Of a stretch of DNA of 64,000 nucleotides, positions 38,750-51,503 are shown one piece after another. Position 1 is the stretch's first letter. Every line of letters begins with the position of its first letter. This stretch comes from Octopus vulgaris (Eukaryota). The notes below the pieces were generated by a model. That model saw nothing but the letters and a program-made list of their open reading frames with translations, did no database searches and had not been told where the DNA came from. The DNA is taken from positions 31,310,001-31,374,000 of the forward strand of contig OX597839.1 of the NCBI GenBank assembly GCA_951406725.2, given 5' to 3'. The position numbers and the translations under genes were made by a program.

Positions 38750-39815
38750 CTGTATCCATGGAGAACAGCAGATGGTTGTCAGAGCTCTGTCTTCTAGGGC
38801 CTCTGATCATTATTGAGTCAGTTGAAGACAGATGTTCTGTCCCCAGGGAGGTATCTGTGTGCATGAGCATGTCCGGAATTTGGTTGGAAGAATCCATTCC
38901 TTGTGAGGAAGCAGAGAGTAGGGGTTGTTGTTGTTGTGCTGTTTTGAAGAAACTGGACAGGTGTGGTTCAGATATAGATTCCCGCACCGGTTTATGGTAA
39001 GTGTCGGAGAGGAGGTTGTTCCGCTCGACTGAGGTTCGTTTGGGGGACACAAAGTCAACAGAGTAACGCTTGCTGGATTTCTGCTGGGGAGACGCACTGT
39101 TACTTCTGCTGCCACTGCTACCACCACCACCACCACCACCGCTGCTGCCACTACTGTTGTTGCTGCTGCTGCTACTGCTGCTGCTGCTGCTGCTGCTTCC
39201 CAAGCACTGTTCACTCATCCTTCGCACCAGCTTGCTGTTGCCCGGGTATGGCGGGGGAGGGGGTGGCGGCGGTGGAGGGGGCAAAGGAGGGGAAGATGTC
39301 CCGGCGAAAAGGCTGTCGTTGCCGGAATCATCGGAGGTTGTGGAAATTGCTGAAGGAAATGTGTTTGATTGTTCACAAGCAATCACCCCTGAACTTGACA
39401 CCGTATTTACGTTGTCAGGGGCAAGGAATGTATCACTAATGGTACTTGAAACTTCACCACTGCCACCAGAAGGTTCCACCGTGTCAGGCACACTAATTGT
39501 AGTACGAGGAGTGAGTGCCTTCTGGTTGTTGTGGGTCTGCTCTAACAACTCAATGCAGTTGGCCAGGTTGTGGTGGCCATGATGCCGGGCTGCTGTCAAG
39601 GGTANNNNNNNNNNNNNNNNNNNNNNNNNNNNNNNNNNNNNNNNNNNNNNNNNNNNNNNNNNNNNNNNNNNNNNNNNNNNNNNNNNNNNNNNNNNNNNNN
39701 NNNNGGCTGCTGTCAAGGGTAGTATCCCATCCTTGTTGCAGACCTTCAACGGGCCTCTGTTCCAATGATAAAGTGTCTGAGCAGCTTCTGTGTAACCTTT
39801 TGCACAAGCCCACAT
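38750..39815 (-). CDS. CAMTA: CAMTA exon H (MWACAKG ankyrin repeats, then poly-Pro, poly-Ser and poly-Gly linker); spans an N gap
   Basis: catttcag acceptor, CAG|gtaagg donor. 949 nt after removing 100 N and a 17-nt duplicated flank; phase 0 to 1. Confidence 0.93.
39605..39704. other. Assembly gap (100 N) with overlapping flanks
   Basis: ggctgctgtcaagggta (17 nt) appears on both sides. Collapsing it gives DGILPLTAARHHGH in frame. Confidence 0.95.
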
Positions 39816-40762
39816 CTGAAATGCACAGGACAAACAATGAGAGGGGATCAGAAGGGAGAATGATGACGATCACCATTATGATGACAAGGGTTTCAGTGAT
39901 GCAAGACAAAAGATACAACAGACGGAGGGTGTCTAATTTACTAAATTAAGAATCGTGACATTTACTGTTACCTGTTTTAGCATTTACCTGAGGAAGTAAA
40001 AAAAAAAAAAGGGCAGATGGTAACTGCATAGGAGTCCATCATTAGTATGCCTGTATACAAATGTGTGTGTGTGTGGGTAGCAGAACATGTGCAACCTGTA
40101 TTAAAGGTGTGCCTTTCAGTTGGAGGATCGAAAAGGCATGTCAAAGGGGTTCATACTGTGGCACTGGTTCCCTCTGCCAGCCAGCACAGCTGTGCATTAT
40201 GCAACAGAATGAGCAAATCTTTGGCCAGGGGCTCAAGAGTCAAAGAAGGGCCTCACATGGCATCAACAATGACTCATTTCAGCGATTCTGTCTGGCCATG
40301 GCTTTGCTCGTATATGAGAAAGCACCCACTAAGTATGTCCTGTGTATGTATGTGTGTGTGTGTGTGTGCGTGTGTGTGTGCATGCATGTACGTATGTATG
40401 TATGTATGCCTGTATGCCTGTATGTGTGATTGCTTGTTTCCACAAGTCTTTGTATGACATCATTCAAGTAATGGAGATGTCAGCTTCACATCTCCAGTGG
40501 CTGGGGCAGTTTCGACACGAGACAACTGGTTGAATGAAAATATCTTAGATGAGGAGTGGGTGAGGGTTGGCGACAGGAAGAGCATTCAGCCGTAGAATAC
40601 CAGCTTAAAAAGACTCATGCAATCCCTGCCACCACGGGAAATAAACAAATACATCTAAAAACAATTTTTACGAATGTGTGAGTGTGTGTGTGTGTGTGAG
40701 TGTGTGTGTGTGTGTGAGTGTGTGTGTGTATGTGTGCGTGCGTGTGTGCGTGTGTGTGTGCG

Positions 40763-40794
<32 letters not shown>

Positions 40795-41035
40795 CATGCA
40801 TGCATGTGTTTGGGTAAGCCCTTGTGTTCTGAGAGTGTTGCTGTACTCTGTCTCTGAATGCAAGAGTTGATGTCACACCAGGGAGTGTAGGAATCCCTGC
40901 AGGTGTTTTGCTCTCTTTCCTACTGTGACACCAGAGCCACCTGGAGCCACCCACCAATGCAGGTGCCAAAACTCTGGCACAGCAGCCCAAGCTTTGCTGA
41001 GTGAGATGTATACACATAGATGGAGGAGATCTATT

Positions 41036-41176
41036 CTTACCAGTGGCGTACAAGAATAATCATCGACATTGTGGGCATCTACTTACCAGTGGCGTACAAG
41101 AATAATCATCGACATTGTGGGCATCTACTTACCAGTGGCGTACAAGAATAATCATCGACATTGTGGGCATCTACTT
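41036..41176. repeat. 46-bp perfect tandem repeat x3 overlapping the 3' end of exon G
   Basis: Unit accagtggcgtacaagaataatcatcgacattgtgggcatctactt, period 46. Confidence 0.97.
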
Positions 41177-41208
41177 CGTATTCTAGCACAAGGCTGGGAT
41201 TCTCTGAT
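41133..41208 (-). CDS. CAMTA: CAMTA exon G (SENPSLVLEYEVDAHNVDDYSCTPL)
   Basis: tctttcag acceptor, CTG|gtaagt donor, 76 nt, phase 2 to 0. Matches LELEVDPLNVDHFSCTPL of vertebrate CAMTA1. Confidence 0.93.
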
Positions 41209-43283
41209 CTGAAAGAAACAACAAAACAGCATTTATTAATTTAAATAATCAGTGACCACCACAACTGCTGACAATCCTGCCTCTCACACTATAAATAATA
41301 ACGGCAGCCTGAATCAAGGAGAGAGCCCCTATAGGGTCTTACATCCTGCTAGAAAAACTAAATTCCCCTCAAATTACACGTTACAGCCATAAATAACAGG
41401 ACAGATTAGTTTAATTCTAAGAATCCCTCAGAAGACAGACAGGATGGTCATAGATGGAAAGGTTTTAATGGAGGTTGAATTAGGGCTGAACAACAACAAC
41501 AACAACAGGTTAATTAGCAAACACCTGTTAAATTTCTTATCACATATGATTTAATTACATTCCCTTCTGACAAACTCCAACCAAGGGGAATTACTGGTAT
41601 TCTTAGTTGTCTGATTGTCGACTGAGGTCTTTTGGGGTGAACGAGGTATTTACGTACATCATCTCAAAGGAGAAGCCAGCCTCCAAGATAAAATCCAACA
41701 GCGAAAAAGGCTGTGTTCATATGTGAGTGTGTGGAATGGATGTCCACATCATTATTTGAGGACTGCTATGAAAGTGGGTTCAAGGAAATGGATGGAGGTT
41801 AGGCTGGTGTTTGGTCTCCTTCCAGCTCTGGTTTGCCTGATCAGAGCTGAGATGAGACACTTGCTCAAGGTACAGTACAGTGGGACTGAACCCAAAACCA
41901 TATGGCTGGTAAGCAAGTTTTTTAACCACACAGCCACGCCTGCATCTGTATGAAAGAAGTTTATCCACCATACGAGGATTCTAAACAAAAGAAGCCCCAT
42001 ATGTCTGCTTGTCTGTTGGTATATTCAACAGAAATAACCAAGATGGAGATGGGTTAACTAAGATGGTGTCTTGATCAGCCACATGGATTCAATTATTAAC
42101 AGAGAAAATAACAAAGATGTGTACGATTGTGTGTGTGTATCTACGAGGATACAGAAGTGTGTGTGAATGTACATGAATATGTCTATGTGTAACAGAAAAT
42201 GTGTGTATTAAGTTTCCAACCTGATTAGTCACAGTCAAGAGAAATTTATTCATCTGCAACAAAAAACAAAAAAAAAGGCTGTGTACCATATCTTGTTCAC
42301 ACAGTTCGAGAGAGGGAAATTTAGTAAAGCTGAGTGAGGTTGGTATTAGTAATGCTGCTACATTACATAATGGCTAAAATATGATATTTGCCTGAAGCTG
42401 TGGACTTGAAATAGCTCACTGGCAACAAGATTTACAGAGAAAAAATGTTTTTTCTTCTTTGGTAGCTGCTACATTAAGTTGTATGAGAACTGTGTAAGAA
42501 CTAAGAACAGGATTTACAGACACAAATAGTTGGAGCAGCTGTGTCAGTGTGTGTGAGAACAAAGTTAGAACTGAGGAACGGATTTACAGAGAGAAATGTT
42601 ACTTGTGGCAATTATGTTAATCTGTAGCAGAGCTATATATAAAGTATCGACGGGATTAACAGACTGGGAGTATTAAAGGGAGGAACAGGTAATATTGTGC
42701 CGTTTCAATGTGAAAGTTGAAGGGAAAGGGATAACGAGTTTGTTGCAGGAATGTTTAACGATTGCTAAACTTAGAATTCAAACCCAGCTCACTGGAGTCA
42801 ATGCAAAAAAGCAACTCAAGAATATGAAGGCAGTTTGCTGGAATATTGCTAAAGTCATAAAAAATCTGACCATTCAAGGCTTTCTGTGGAACTGGATATA
42901 ACAACAGTTTCATCTTTGGTGCACTTTTCCTGATAAAGATCATCCCTGTGCATTCGGTGCATTTTAGCCATTATGGGCAGGTGGCAGGCATTAGACCAGA
43001 CACAGAAATAGCAGCCAGTAGCAAGACAGAGAGCTGTTACAACACAAAGACAATGGACGGTGGAAGCGGCAACACACAGTGACCAACTAACATCAAGAAA
43101 CTCACGACATTGACTCCTACCATTCTCAGTCCAAGAACAAGGAGCTTTGAACTGTCTCATTCTTTGCTTTTCTTAGTAATGACAACATTTTCGTTTATGA
43201 TAAAAATATTGTCTTTTAATTAAAACTCTCAAACAAATTTCACTGTTCTTTATTGTAATAGGTCAATATTTGAATATTATTAC

Positions 43284-43468
43284 CTCCAATGGATAAGGCT
43301 TCTAATAACTTCAGCATAGCCAAGTGCTCCAGCTAGATGCAACAAAGTCATACCCCCAGGGCCGGCCTTGGGGAAGACATCGTTATTGGCCCAGGGCAGT
43401 CGGGACAATGTCATTATATGCTGTACCAGGCGCCATTCAAAGTCATTGCTTTGTTGAGAATTCTGTGG
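43284..43468 (-). CDS. CAMTA: CAMTA exon F (FEWRLVQHIM...GMTLLHLAGALGYAEVIRSLIHW, ankyrin repeat)
   Basis: catttcag acceptor, GAG|gtaata donor, 185 nt, phase 0 to 2. Not in the ORF track. Confidence 0.94.
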
Positions 43469-44345
43469 CTGAAATGAAAAACAAAAAATTATTTCCTGCA
43501 GACATTAAAGACACAAATGATAATTAACCAGATACACAAATGAGAGTTAATTAGGAGCAATAATTAGAGTTAAAATGAAATTTCAGAAGTGAATTGCTTA
43601 TTAAAGGTTATGATCCTTCCTTTGAAAACAAAAGTTGGTTTTAATTATTTAATGTTTATCTGATCAATAATCTCTCTCTGAAGGCAGCGCAGCAAGGAGA
43701 AGTTCAAAGAACTACCTTTGTTTCAGGAAACACAGCCATTTCCACCAGAGAGAAAATATTGGTGAAGTTTGCATCGAAAAACTTCATAAGAGATAACTTC
43801 ACAATACCATTTCTCATAAAGTCCCTCCTGAAAGGAAACTTAGATGCATAATCTCCTTAAGAATGAGATTAAAGAAAAGTTTTAAGAAGAAGAAATGGAA
43901 GAGGGAAACGGAACAATTGTTGCCTTCTCCCTCGAAACTGTTTGAGAGAAAAAGGTTGGTACATCATTTCTATAAGAAGGTTTTACATAGGGAAAAATCA
44001 ATTAGATTCCTGTTATACAATGAATTGGTAATTATGGTCCGTCTCAGCAACGACTAACGATTTTCTGATGCTTTCTCACAGATTAAAATCCAACTTCATT
44101 GAGAAACGGTAGAACACATTCTTAAAGTGGATTATTCTCTTCTCTTTAATAAATAATTCAATTAAAACTGCAGACAGTGGCCACATAACTTTACTAATGT
44201 ACAGCTATAAAAGCTACTGTTACAACACAATCAACCAACTTAATAATGTAGCTTCGTCAATATTCCTGGAACGCATCTGATTGATAAACTTCAACTTGCA
44301 GTCATTAATGTAATAACTCAGAATTATATTATAATAATACTTTGA

Positions 44346-44556
44346 GGCAGCGAACTGGCATAATTGCTAGAATAGTGGCAAAATACTTAGGGCCATTTCA
44401 TCTGTCTTTACGTTCTGAGTTCAAATTCCACTGAGGTCAGCTTTGCCTTTCATCTGTTCAGGGTCGATAAACTAAGTACCAGTTGAATACTGGGGTTGAA
44501 TTAATCAACATATGCACTCCTCCAAGACTGCTGGCCTTGTGTCAAGATTCGAAATC
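44346..44556 (+). mobile_element. SINE family A copy
   Basis: Family A core in plus orientation. Confidence 0.82.
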
Positions 44557-45664
44557 ATAATCATTGTTAATACCTTGGTCTCATCAGTCCATCTTTATTA
44601 CCTCTTCCCAAGCCCCATCCTTTTACATCTGGGAGCCCCTTTTCACTAAATACTAATTTATAACAGTTCAAACAAAACTTTAGCTTTTTTTTTTGCCTGG
44701 TGGCTCAGTCAAAGAGGAAAATGTTATGCCTGTGAATGTTGTATGATTTCTGAGAGTGGTGGAGGGCAAGGGTGGACTACCCACAATTCACAAGTCACAG
44801 ACTCCAATGAGGAGACCCTATGGTCAGGTGGTGGTGTTAAATCTAATCACAGATTAGCTCCATCCCTCACCCCACCTCACAAATAGCCACAGTCCAACCT
44901 GATATATTCCCACAATGTTTCCTTACACTGAATTTCATTCCCACCAAAACTTCAGTCAACCTGAGGCCAAGGCAAATTACCCAAAGGGTAAAGGTCAAAG
45001 GGCTGCAATGGTGGGATTGCCCCCCCCCCCCCCAAACCATGTGACTATGCAATCAACACAACCAGGCCAGCAGCCCCAGAAAAAAAAACACTTATTCACT
45101 CATCTCACTGCTCTTCAAGAAGTAAATGGCTGAATGCAATTAGGGGCTCAACCCTTTATACCCATAAAATGAACAATACATACATACATACATACATATA
45201 TATATATAGGGTGTATATATGATTTCAACTGAATTAAATGGATCTCAGTCAGTTTCAATGATGAGTATTTAGTTGCTTTACCTCTGCACTTGTCCCTCTA
45301 TCATACTCGAACCCCACCTCAATACCTGGTATAAAGATCACCTAGTCCCCCATCAAAGACTCACCCACCACTTAGATAAGTGGCCTTCTTTTTCTTTTCC
45401 TATCACGAACGTGACTTGGTGACCTCATTAGTGCCAGTGGCACAAAAAAAGGCACCCATTACACACTGTAAAGTAGTTGACATTAAGAAGGGCATCCAGC
45501 TACAAAAACCATGGCCAAGGGTGACGTTGGAGCTTGGTGCAGCTCTATGGTTGACTGGATCCTGGATCTTGGCTAATCATCCAATCCATGCCAGCAAGGA
45601 AAAACAGACATTAAGTGGTGATGATGATGATGATGATGATGAAGGGTACCTGTAAAAGACCTAC

Positions 45665-45756
45665 TTGTTCACTGGGGATTTCATTTTGGGTACATGTATT
45701 CAGTCGTTTCTCCAATTGTTCCAAACGTTCTAAGACCATCAGTCGGAGTTGGTCTT
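45665..45756 (-). CDS. CAMTA: CAMTA exon E (EDQLRLMVLERLEQLEKRLN); alternative donor would extend it to 45650
   Basis: tttctgcag acceptor; donors CAA|gtaggt (45665) and CAG|gtaccc (45650), both phase 0. Matches the CAMTA ILERLEQMERR helix. Not in the ORF track. Confidence 0.9.
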
Positions 45757-45905
45757 CTGCAGAAATAAGAAACGGCGACTAATTAGGACAATGACATTTA
45801 ATTAGCGTATTGGAAAGTACCAAAAATTAATTGGTTGATGTAAAAAAAAAAAGAGAGAGAGAAAGAGAGAGAGGGAGAGAGAGAGAAGGAGAGAGAGAGG
45901 GAGAG

Positions 45906-46025
45906 AGAGAGCCAAATTGTCATTGCAAATCAGAGTTAATCAACAACAATGTTTTATGGGGCTGAAGAGAGCCAAATTGTCATTGCAAATCAGAGTTAAT
46001 CAACAACAATGTTTTATGGGGCTGA
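45906..46025. repeat. 60-bp perfect tandem duplication
   Basis: agagagccaaattgtcattgc...ttttatggggctga twice. Confidence 0.95.
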
Positions 46026-46589
46026 AAATCTGATCATTTCAGAAAAAAATATACCAAATCAGCGTTTCTTGTTAAAGGGTCAGTCTGTGTTTTGGTCCCT
46101 CACTGTTTGACCATTAAAAATTAGATATTGACACTGAATTTCAAATACTGAGGTACACACACACACACACACACACACACTTATAATTAACAAACATCGT
46201 TATTTAATGACATTAAAAGCAATGTATTTCTTGACTGGAATCTACATTACCTACCTCAGATTTTGTTACTAAATTTATGCGAGATAAATTGGATACACTT
46301 CTACACTACACTAAAGGTTTTAATAATTTTTTATATAATAATTCCTAATAATATTTAATTACAAAAGTATCTTTTATTCACCGACTGACTATGGGTGGGG
46401 GTCTACCTGAGTAAAACACGAATCAAAGGGGTCCATATATTGGTATCAAAGAAGCACAATAAATAAGGCACCACACACACACTATGGTTCTAGTTTATGA
46501 ACATTTCAATATGTAGTGTCACAATGTGCCTCTGGTTGTGACATTAAACTGGAGTTCTTCAAAGGTTTTATACCAATGTGAGGATTATT

Positions 46590-46890
46590 TCTACAAACTC
46601 ATTACATTCTGAGTTCAAATCCTGCTGAGGTCAGCTTTGCTTGCCATTCTTTTGGGGTTGATAGAATAAAGTACCAGTCATGTACTGGGGTTAGTGTAAT
46701 CGACTTAACCGCTACCCTAAAACTGCTGGCCTTGTGTCAAAATTTGAAGTAATTATTAAAGGCAACGAGCTGGCGGCAGAATCGTTAAGATGCCGGACGA
46801 AATGCTAAGGAGCATTTCTTCGTGTTTTACATTCTGAGTTCAAATTCTGCTGAAGTTGAATTTATCTTTCATTCATTCAGGGCCAATGAA
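46590..46890 (+). mobile_element. Two partial SINE family A copies
   Basis: ttacattctgagttcaaat core occurs twice. Confidence 0.75.
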
Positions 46891-46894
46891 ATAT

Positions 46895-47229
46895 AATAAT
46901 AATAATAATAATAATGAAATTATTGTATACAGTGCTCAGGTGCACCACAACTTGTCAGAAAGTGCATATAAAGTACATGCAGTAATGTAGAAATGTCTGG
47001 AAAGCGAACAATGTATGAGTCAGATCCATGCCTGTGTGTGTATGGAGGGGAGAAAATCAGGTGTAGTGTTGGCAAATCTCAGGAAGCATGGACGTTTTGA
47101 AGGATGCAGTGCTCCGACAACTAACAACCGATGCCGGCAGTTTGTTCCATGCTTCAGCAACTCTCAGCGTGAAAAAATGTTTCCTGAAGTCATGGGAGCT
47201 GTGCTGTTTTCTGACTTTGTAAATATGTA
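46895..47229 (-). mobile_element. CR1-clade LINE 3' end with (ATT)n tail
   Basis: Minus strand reads HIYKVRKQHSSHDFRKHFFTLRVAEAWNKLPASVVSCRSTASFK, the RxxFFxxRVxxxWNxLP motif, followed by a 3' UTR and ATT repeats. Confidence 0.85.
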
Positions 47230-47304
47230 CCAGTTGGGCATTGGGGATGATGTAAATAACTTAATCCCCATCCAAAATTATTCACATTCTGCCAAAAATA
47301 TGAA

Positions 47305-47348
<44 letters not shown>

Positions 47349-47545
47349 GGCAGTGAGGTGGTAGAACCGTTAGCATGCAAAATGCCAAGCAACAGCATTT
47401 TATCCATCTGTATGTTCTGAGGCTAACATTGCCTTTCATCCTTTTGAGGGTGGATAAAATGAGTACCAGCCGAGCACTGGGGTTGATGTAATCAGCAAGC
47501 CCACCCACCCCGACATTTCAGGCTTTGTGCTTATAGAAGAAAGAC
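47349..47545 (+). mobile_element. SINE family A copy
   Basis: Diverged family A core between ATT tracts. Confidence 0.72.
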
Positions 47546-47594
47546 TTATTATTACTATCATAATTGCTGTTGTTATTACTGTTATTATTATTGC

Positions 47595-47631
<37 letters not shown>

Positions 47632-47745
47632 TCCTTTTTAGCTTTTGACTGGAATATGCTAAGCTGATTGCATGGCAAAATGAAAGGGGTGGCGACAGGG
47701 GGGAAATGGTAAGTTTACAACTGACGCCAAAAGAATTGATTTAAA

Positions 47746-47779
<34 letters not shown>

Positions 47780-48865
47780 GTAATCAGTGATATGGATAGA
47801 AAATAGATAATGCTTTAGAAAAACAAAACAAATAAAAAAAAAACGCTTGAAAGAAATATAAAAATAACACCACCACCAACAACAACAACACCAACAAACA
47901 AAGCCAAAAGCGAACCAGACTAAAAAGTCTCAGAGAATTCTTTGAGTTGTGTGTCTGGGGCTGTTGGGAGTAAAATATCACTTGTGGTGGTGTGTCTTTT
48001 TGCTTCTTGAAAATTACAATCAATTATTCAAATAAACCACATCGATACAAGCTTAAAACATGGAAGAAGGAAAACGAAAGCAAACAAATGGGGGAAAAAA
48101 AAAGCTTTTATTCATTCTTTCTTTTCTTCTTCTTCTTTTATTCTGCAACCTCTCCATCACCACCAACCCCCCAACCTCCCTTTTTTTTATTTGTTTGTTT
48201 CTTTTTTAAAACATTTCCTTACATCTTTTCTCTGTCTTTGTTATCTGTCTGATAACATCATAACTTACATTTGGTAATATATGCAAGCATACGTATGTAT
48301 ATATGTATATATACATATATATACACGCATGCATGTATATGTATGTATATACATACATGCGCACACACACACGTATATGCACACATGCATGTATACACAG
48401 ACACATATACATGTATACTTTTTTCATTAGAGCCTTACTTGCGGAGGAATACACATGAACAGTTAGAGAGAAAGAGAGGGAAAACTCACATGGAAACATC
48501 TATGTGGCCATTGGAGATGCAAGAAATAGCAGCCAAGTCTCACTCAATTGCAGCCAAATCTCAATCATACCACACCCTCATTCACTGAGCTCAGCATAGC
48601 TATGAAGGGTAATTGAGTTTACCAGGATTTGGGGTTCAAAGTCTGTGAGATGACCCTCTGCAACAGATGCAACTCGTTTTTGGCGAAATGGAATCAAGCA
48701 AAGTGGAGTGAAGTGCCTTGCTGAAGATACTCGATTCAATGCACTACCTGGCCTGGGGATGGAACTCACAACCTGACACTTGTGAGTCTGTCAGCTGAGC
48801 CACAAAGCTAGGCACCTTCATTACACTTTAACATCTTAATAAAGAGAGATCAAATTTAATTTTCT

Positions 48866-49228
48866 ACTTTTCATTTGTTTCAGTCATTAGACCGTGGCCA
48901 TGCTGGGGCACTGCCTTGAAGAATTCTTAGTTGAACGAATCGACCTCAACCTGGTACTTATTCAATCAGTCTCTTTTGCTGAACTGCTAAGTTACAGGTA
49001 CGTAAATACACCAATGCCGGTTGCCAAGCAGTGGTGGTGGTAGGACAAACAGACACACACACACACACATCATGGGCTTCTTTCGGTTTCCATCTACCAA
49101 ATCCACTCACCAGAATTTAGTGAGCCTGAAGCTACAGTAGACAACATTTGCCCAAGGTTCCACATGGCAGGATTGAACCCTGAACCGTGTGGCTGGGAAG
49201 CAAACTTCTTACCACACAGCCACACCTG
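48866..49228 (-). mobile_element. SINE family B copy
   Basis: Colinear with family B. Confidence 0.82.
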
Positions 49229-49557
49229 TTTGGGGAAGGAAATTAAAGACAAAGGGGTCGTGGCTAAAACAGCTTTGACCCTGGGCTAAACAGCAACAGA
49301 AACAACAGAGAGATAGAGAGAGAGAGAGAGAGAAAGGAGGAGAGAAAGGGAGAGTTTCTATAAAATGGTTAAACTTGTTGCAGAGTAAGGGTCAGCTCTT
49401 CTTTGACCTTTCATGGAGCACAGAATGAATGCTGCTACATTAACGATTGGAGGAGGGGCAGTGATTATGGTAGTTTGGTTAGTTAACTTGATAGCAAATT
49501 TAAACAACAAAAGTTGGCTACAGTTGTACAATATCAACAACAAAAACACTTGAACAT

Positions 49558-49596
<39 letters not shown>

Positions 49597-49746
49597 GGTT
49601 TTCAAGCCTTAACATGTCGACTGCCACATGTATCCCCAGTGGTTCATTGCAAACTCCACACAGCCACCATTGGTGCTACATGTTCATAATCTGAGAAAAT
49701 ATTTTATTCTATATCTTTGACATGGTTTCGAGGATATTTAAATAAT

Positions 49747-50057
49747 CACCGTGATCACCGTGACCGACCAGGCTATCAGATGTTGCTACACATCGCTGGT
49801 CACAATGCGCTTCGCATTGTTTTAGCCTTCGAATGACGCCACCCCACTGGCTAAGCAAGCAGACCAACAGAAGAAAGAGTGAGAGAAAGTTGTGGCGAAA
49901 GAGTACAGCAGGGATTGCCACCACCCCCTGCCGGAGCCTTGTGGAGCTTTAGGTGTTTTCGCTCAATAAACACTCACAACGCCCGGTCTGGGAATCGAAA
50001 CCACGATCCTACGACCGCGAGTCCGCTGCCCTAACCACTGGGCCATTGCGCCTCCAC
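49747..50057 (-). mobile_element. Young tRNA-derived SINE (family C) with RTE-like tail
   Basis: Head ggaggcgcaatggcccagtggttagg...ggtttcgattccc (A/B boxes), CpGs retained, 11-bp TSD atttaaataat (49736-49746, 50058-50068). Confidence 0.9.
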
Positions 50058-50265
50058 ATTTAAATAATATGAATGCTAAATATTGAAGTCTAATTATGAA
50101 AGATTGTAAAAATGCAAACCAAATTCCATTTGCTTGGAATTAAACAGTTTGCTGGGTGACCAGAAATATGTGGCATCACAGGTAAGTTCTGGTAACAGGC
50201 TGCGGCAGTTGACAGGTAAAACTTCAACCCCAGATGAACAAATTAAACAAAATACAAGATGATGA

Positions 50266-50297
<32 letters not shown>

Positions 50298-50373
50298 ATA
50301 TTAAATTAAAATGTGAACAACAACAACAACAACAACAACAACAATAATAATAATAATAAATCCATGTTCTCAC

Positions 50374-50511
50374 CGTCAACAGAGAACCAGTCCTGCTGGC
50401 TCTGGGAGGACTGCTGCTTTTCTCTAGCTTTATATTCAAAAAGTACTGTGGTTGATATGATGTAGTGTTCACTTTGGACATGTAGGGTCACAAGACCTGG
50501 GGGTTCATGTG
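50374..50511 (-). CDS. CAMTA: CAMTA exon D (TIG end, AHEPPGLVTLHVQ...FEYKAR...DWFSVD)
   Basis: ttttgtag acceptor, ACG|gtgaga donor, 138 nt, phase 1 to 1. Confidence 0.95.
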
Positions 50512-51094
50512 CTACAAAAAAAAACAAAAAACAAATAGAAACACAATACAAATAATATCACTGAACCAACTATGGGGCTTTGATAGCCCTACCTGCTAGA
50601 AATAGTCACTAAATTTCTCTCAAATTACACCTTGTCCTCTTAAATGTAAAAACAATATTTTAGATAATGTAGTCCTAGATGGCATTAAGAATATATAATG
50701 GTTACTGCTGGGGTATTATTGATCATAAGAAAAAGTAAGGGTAACTGAAATTAACCACTTTAGGTATACTCAGCCTATGGTTGAATTGGAATCATGTTAT
50801 ATACTCTTGTGGGTGTATAATGGTCACAATGTGCAACATGAGATGTAACGGGACACTAATAGAATATTGTATCTCTTCTTTTACTTAGTTTAATTGTGAA
50901 CAGGTTCAGGGGTTTCGGTGGGAACCACAAGGTGGGCAAAAATAAGGGTTTTACTTATTTTGGGAAAAATCTAATTTTCATATAAATTCTTTTACCCAGT
51001 AGATGTTTAATCAACAAGAGTAGCTGATTGGGTAACTAAGGTGGTTCTTAATTATGGTTAATTGAGGTGTCTTTAGTAGAATCTATCATATCTT

Positions 51095-51328
51095 TTATAT
51101 TTTACTTGTTTCAGTCGTTAGACTGTGGCCATGCTGGATCACTGCTTTGAAGAATTTTAATTGAACGATTTGAGCCCAGACTTGTTATTTTTTTTTTTTT
51201 TGTAAAGCCTGGTACTTATTCTATCAGTCTCTTTTGCTGAACTGCTTAGTTATGAGAATGTAAACACACCAACACTGGATGTCAAGCAGTGACAGGAGAC
51301 AAACACAGACACAAAGACATACATACAC

Positions 51329-51364
<36 letters not shown>

Positions 51365-51503
51365 TTCCATCTACCAAATCTACTCACAAGGCTTTGGTTG
51401 GCCTGAGGCTATAGTAGAAAACACTTGTTCAAGGTGTCATGCAGTGGGATTGAACTCAGAACCATGTGGCTGAGAAGCAAACTTCTTGCCACACAGCCAT
51501 GCC
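51095..51503 (-). mobile_element. SINE family B copy
   Basis: Colinear with family B. Confidence 0.82.

Noticed and set aside
41036-41176. CRISPR-like appearance of the 46-bp repeats
   Set aside because: No spacers, eukaryotic context, and the unit is exon sequence.
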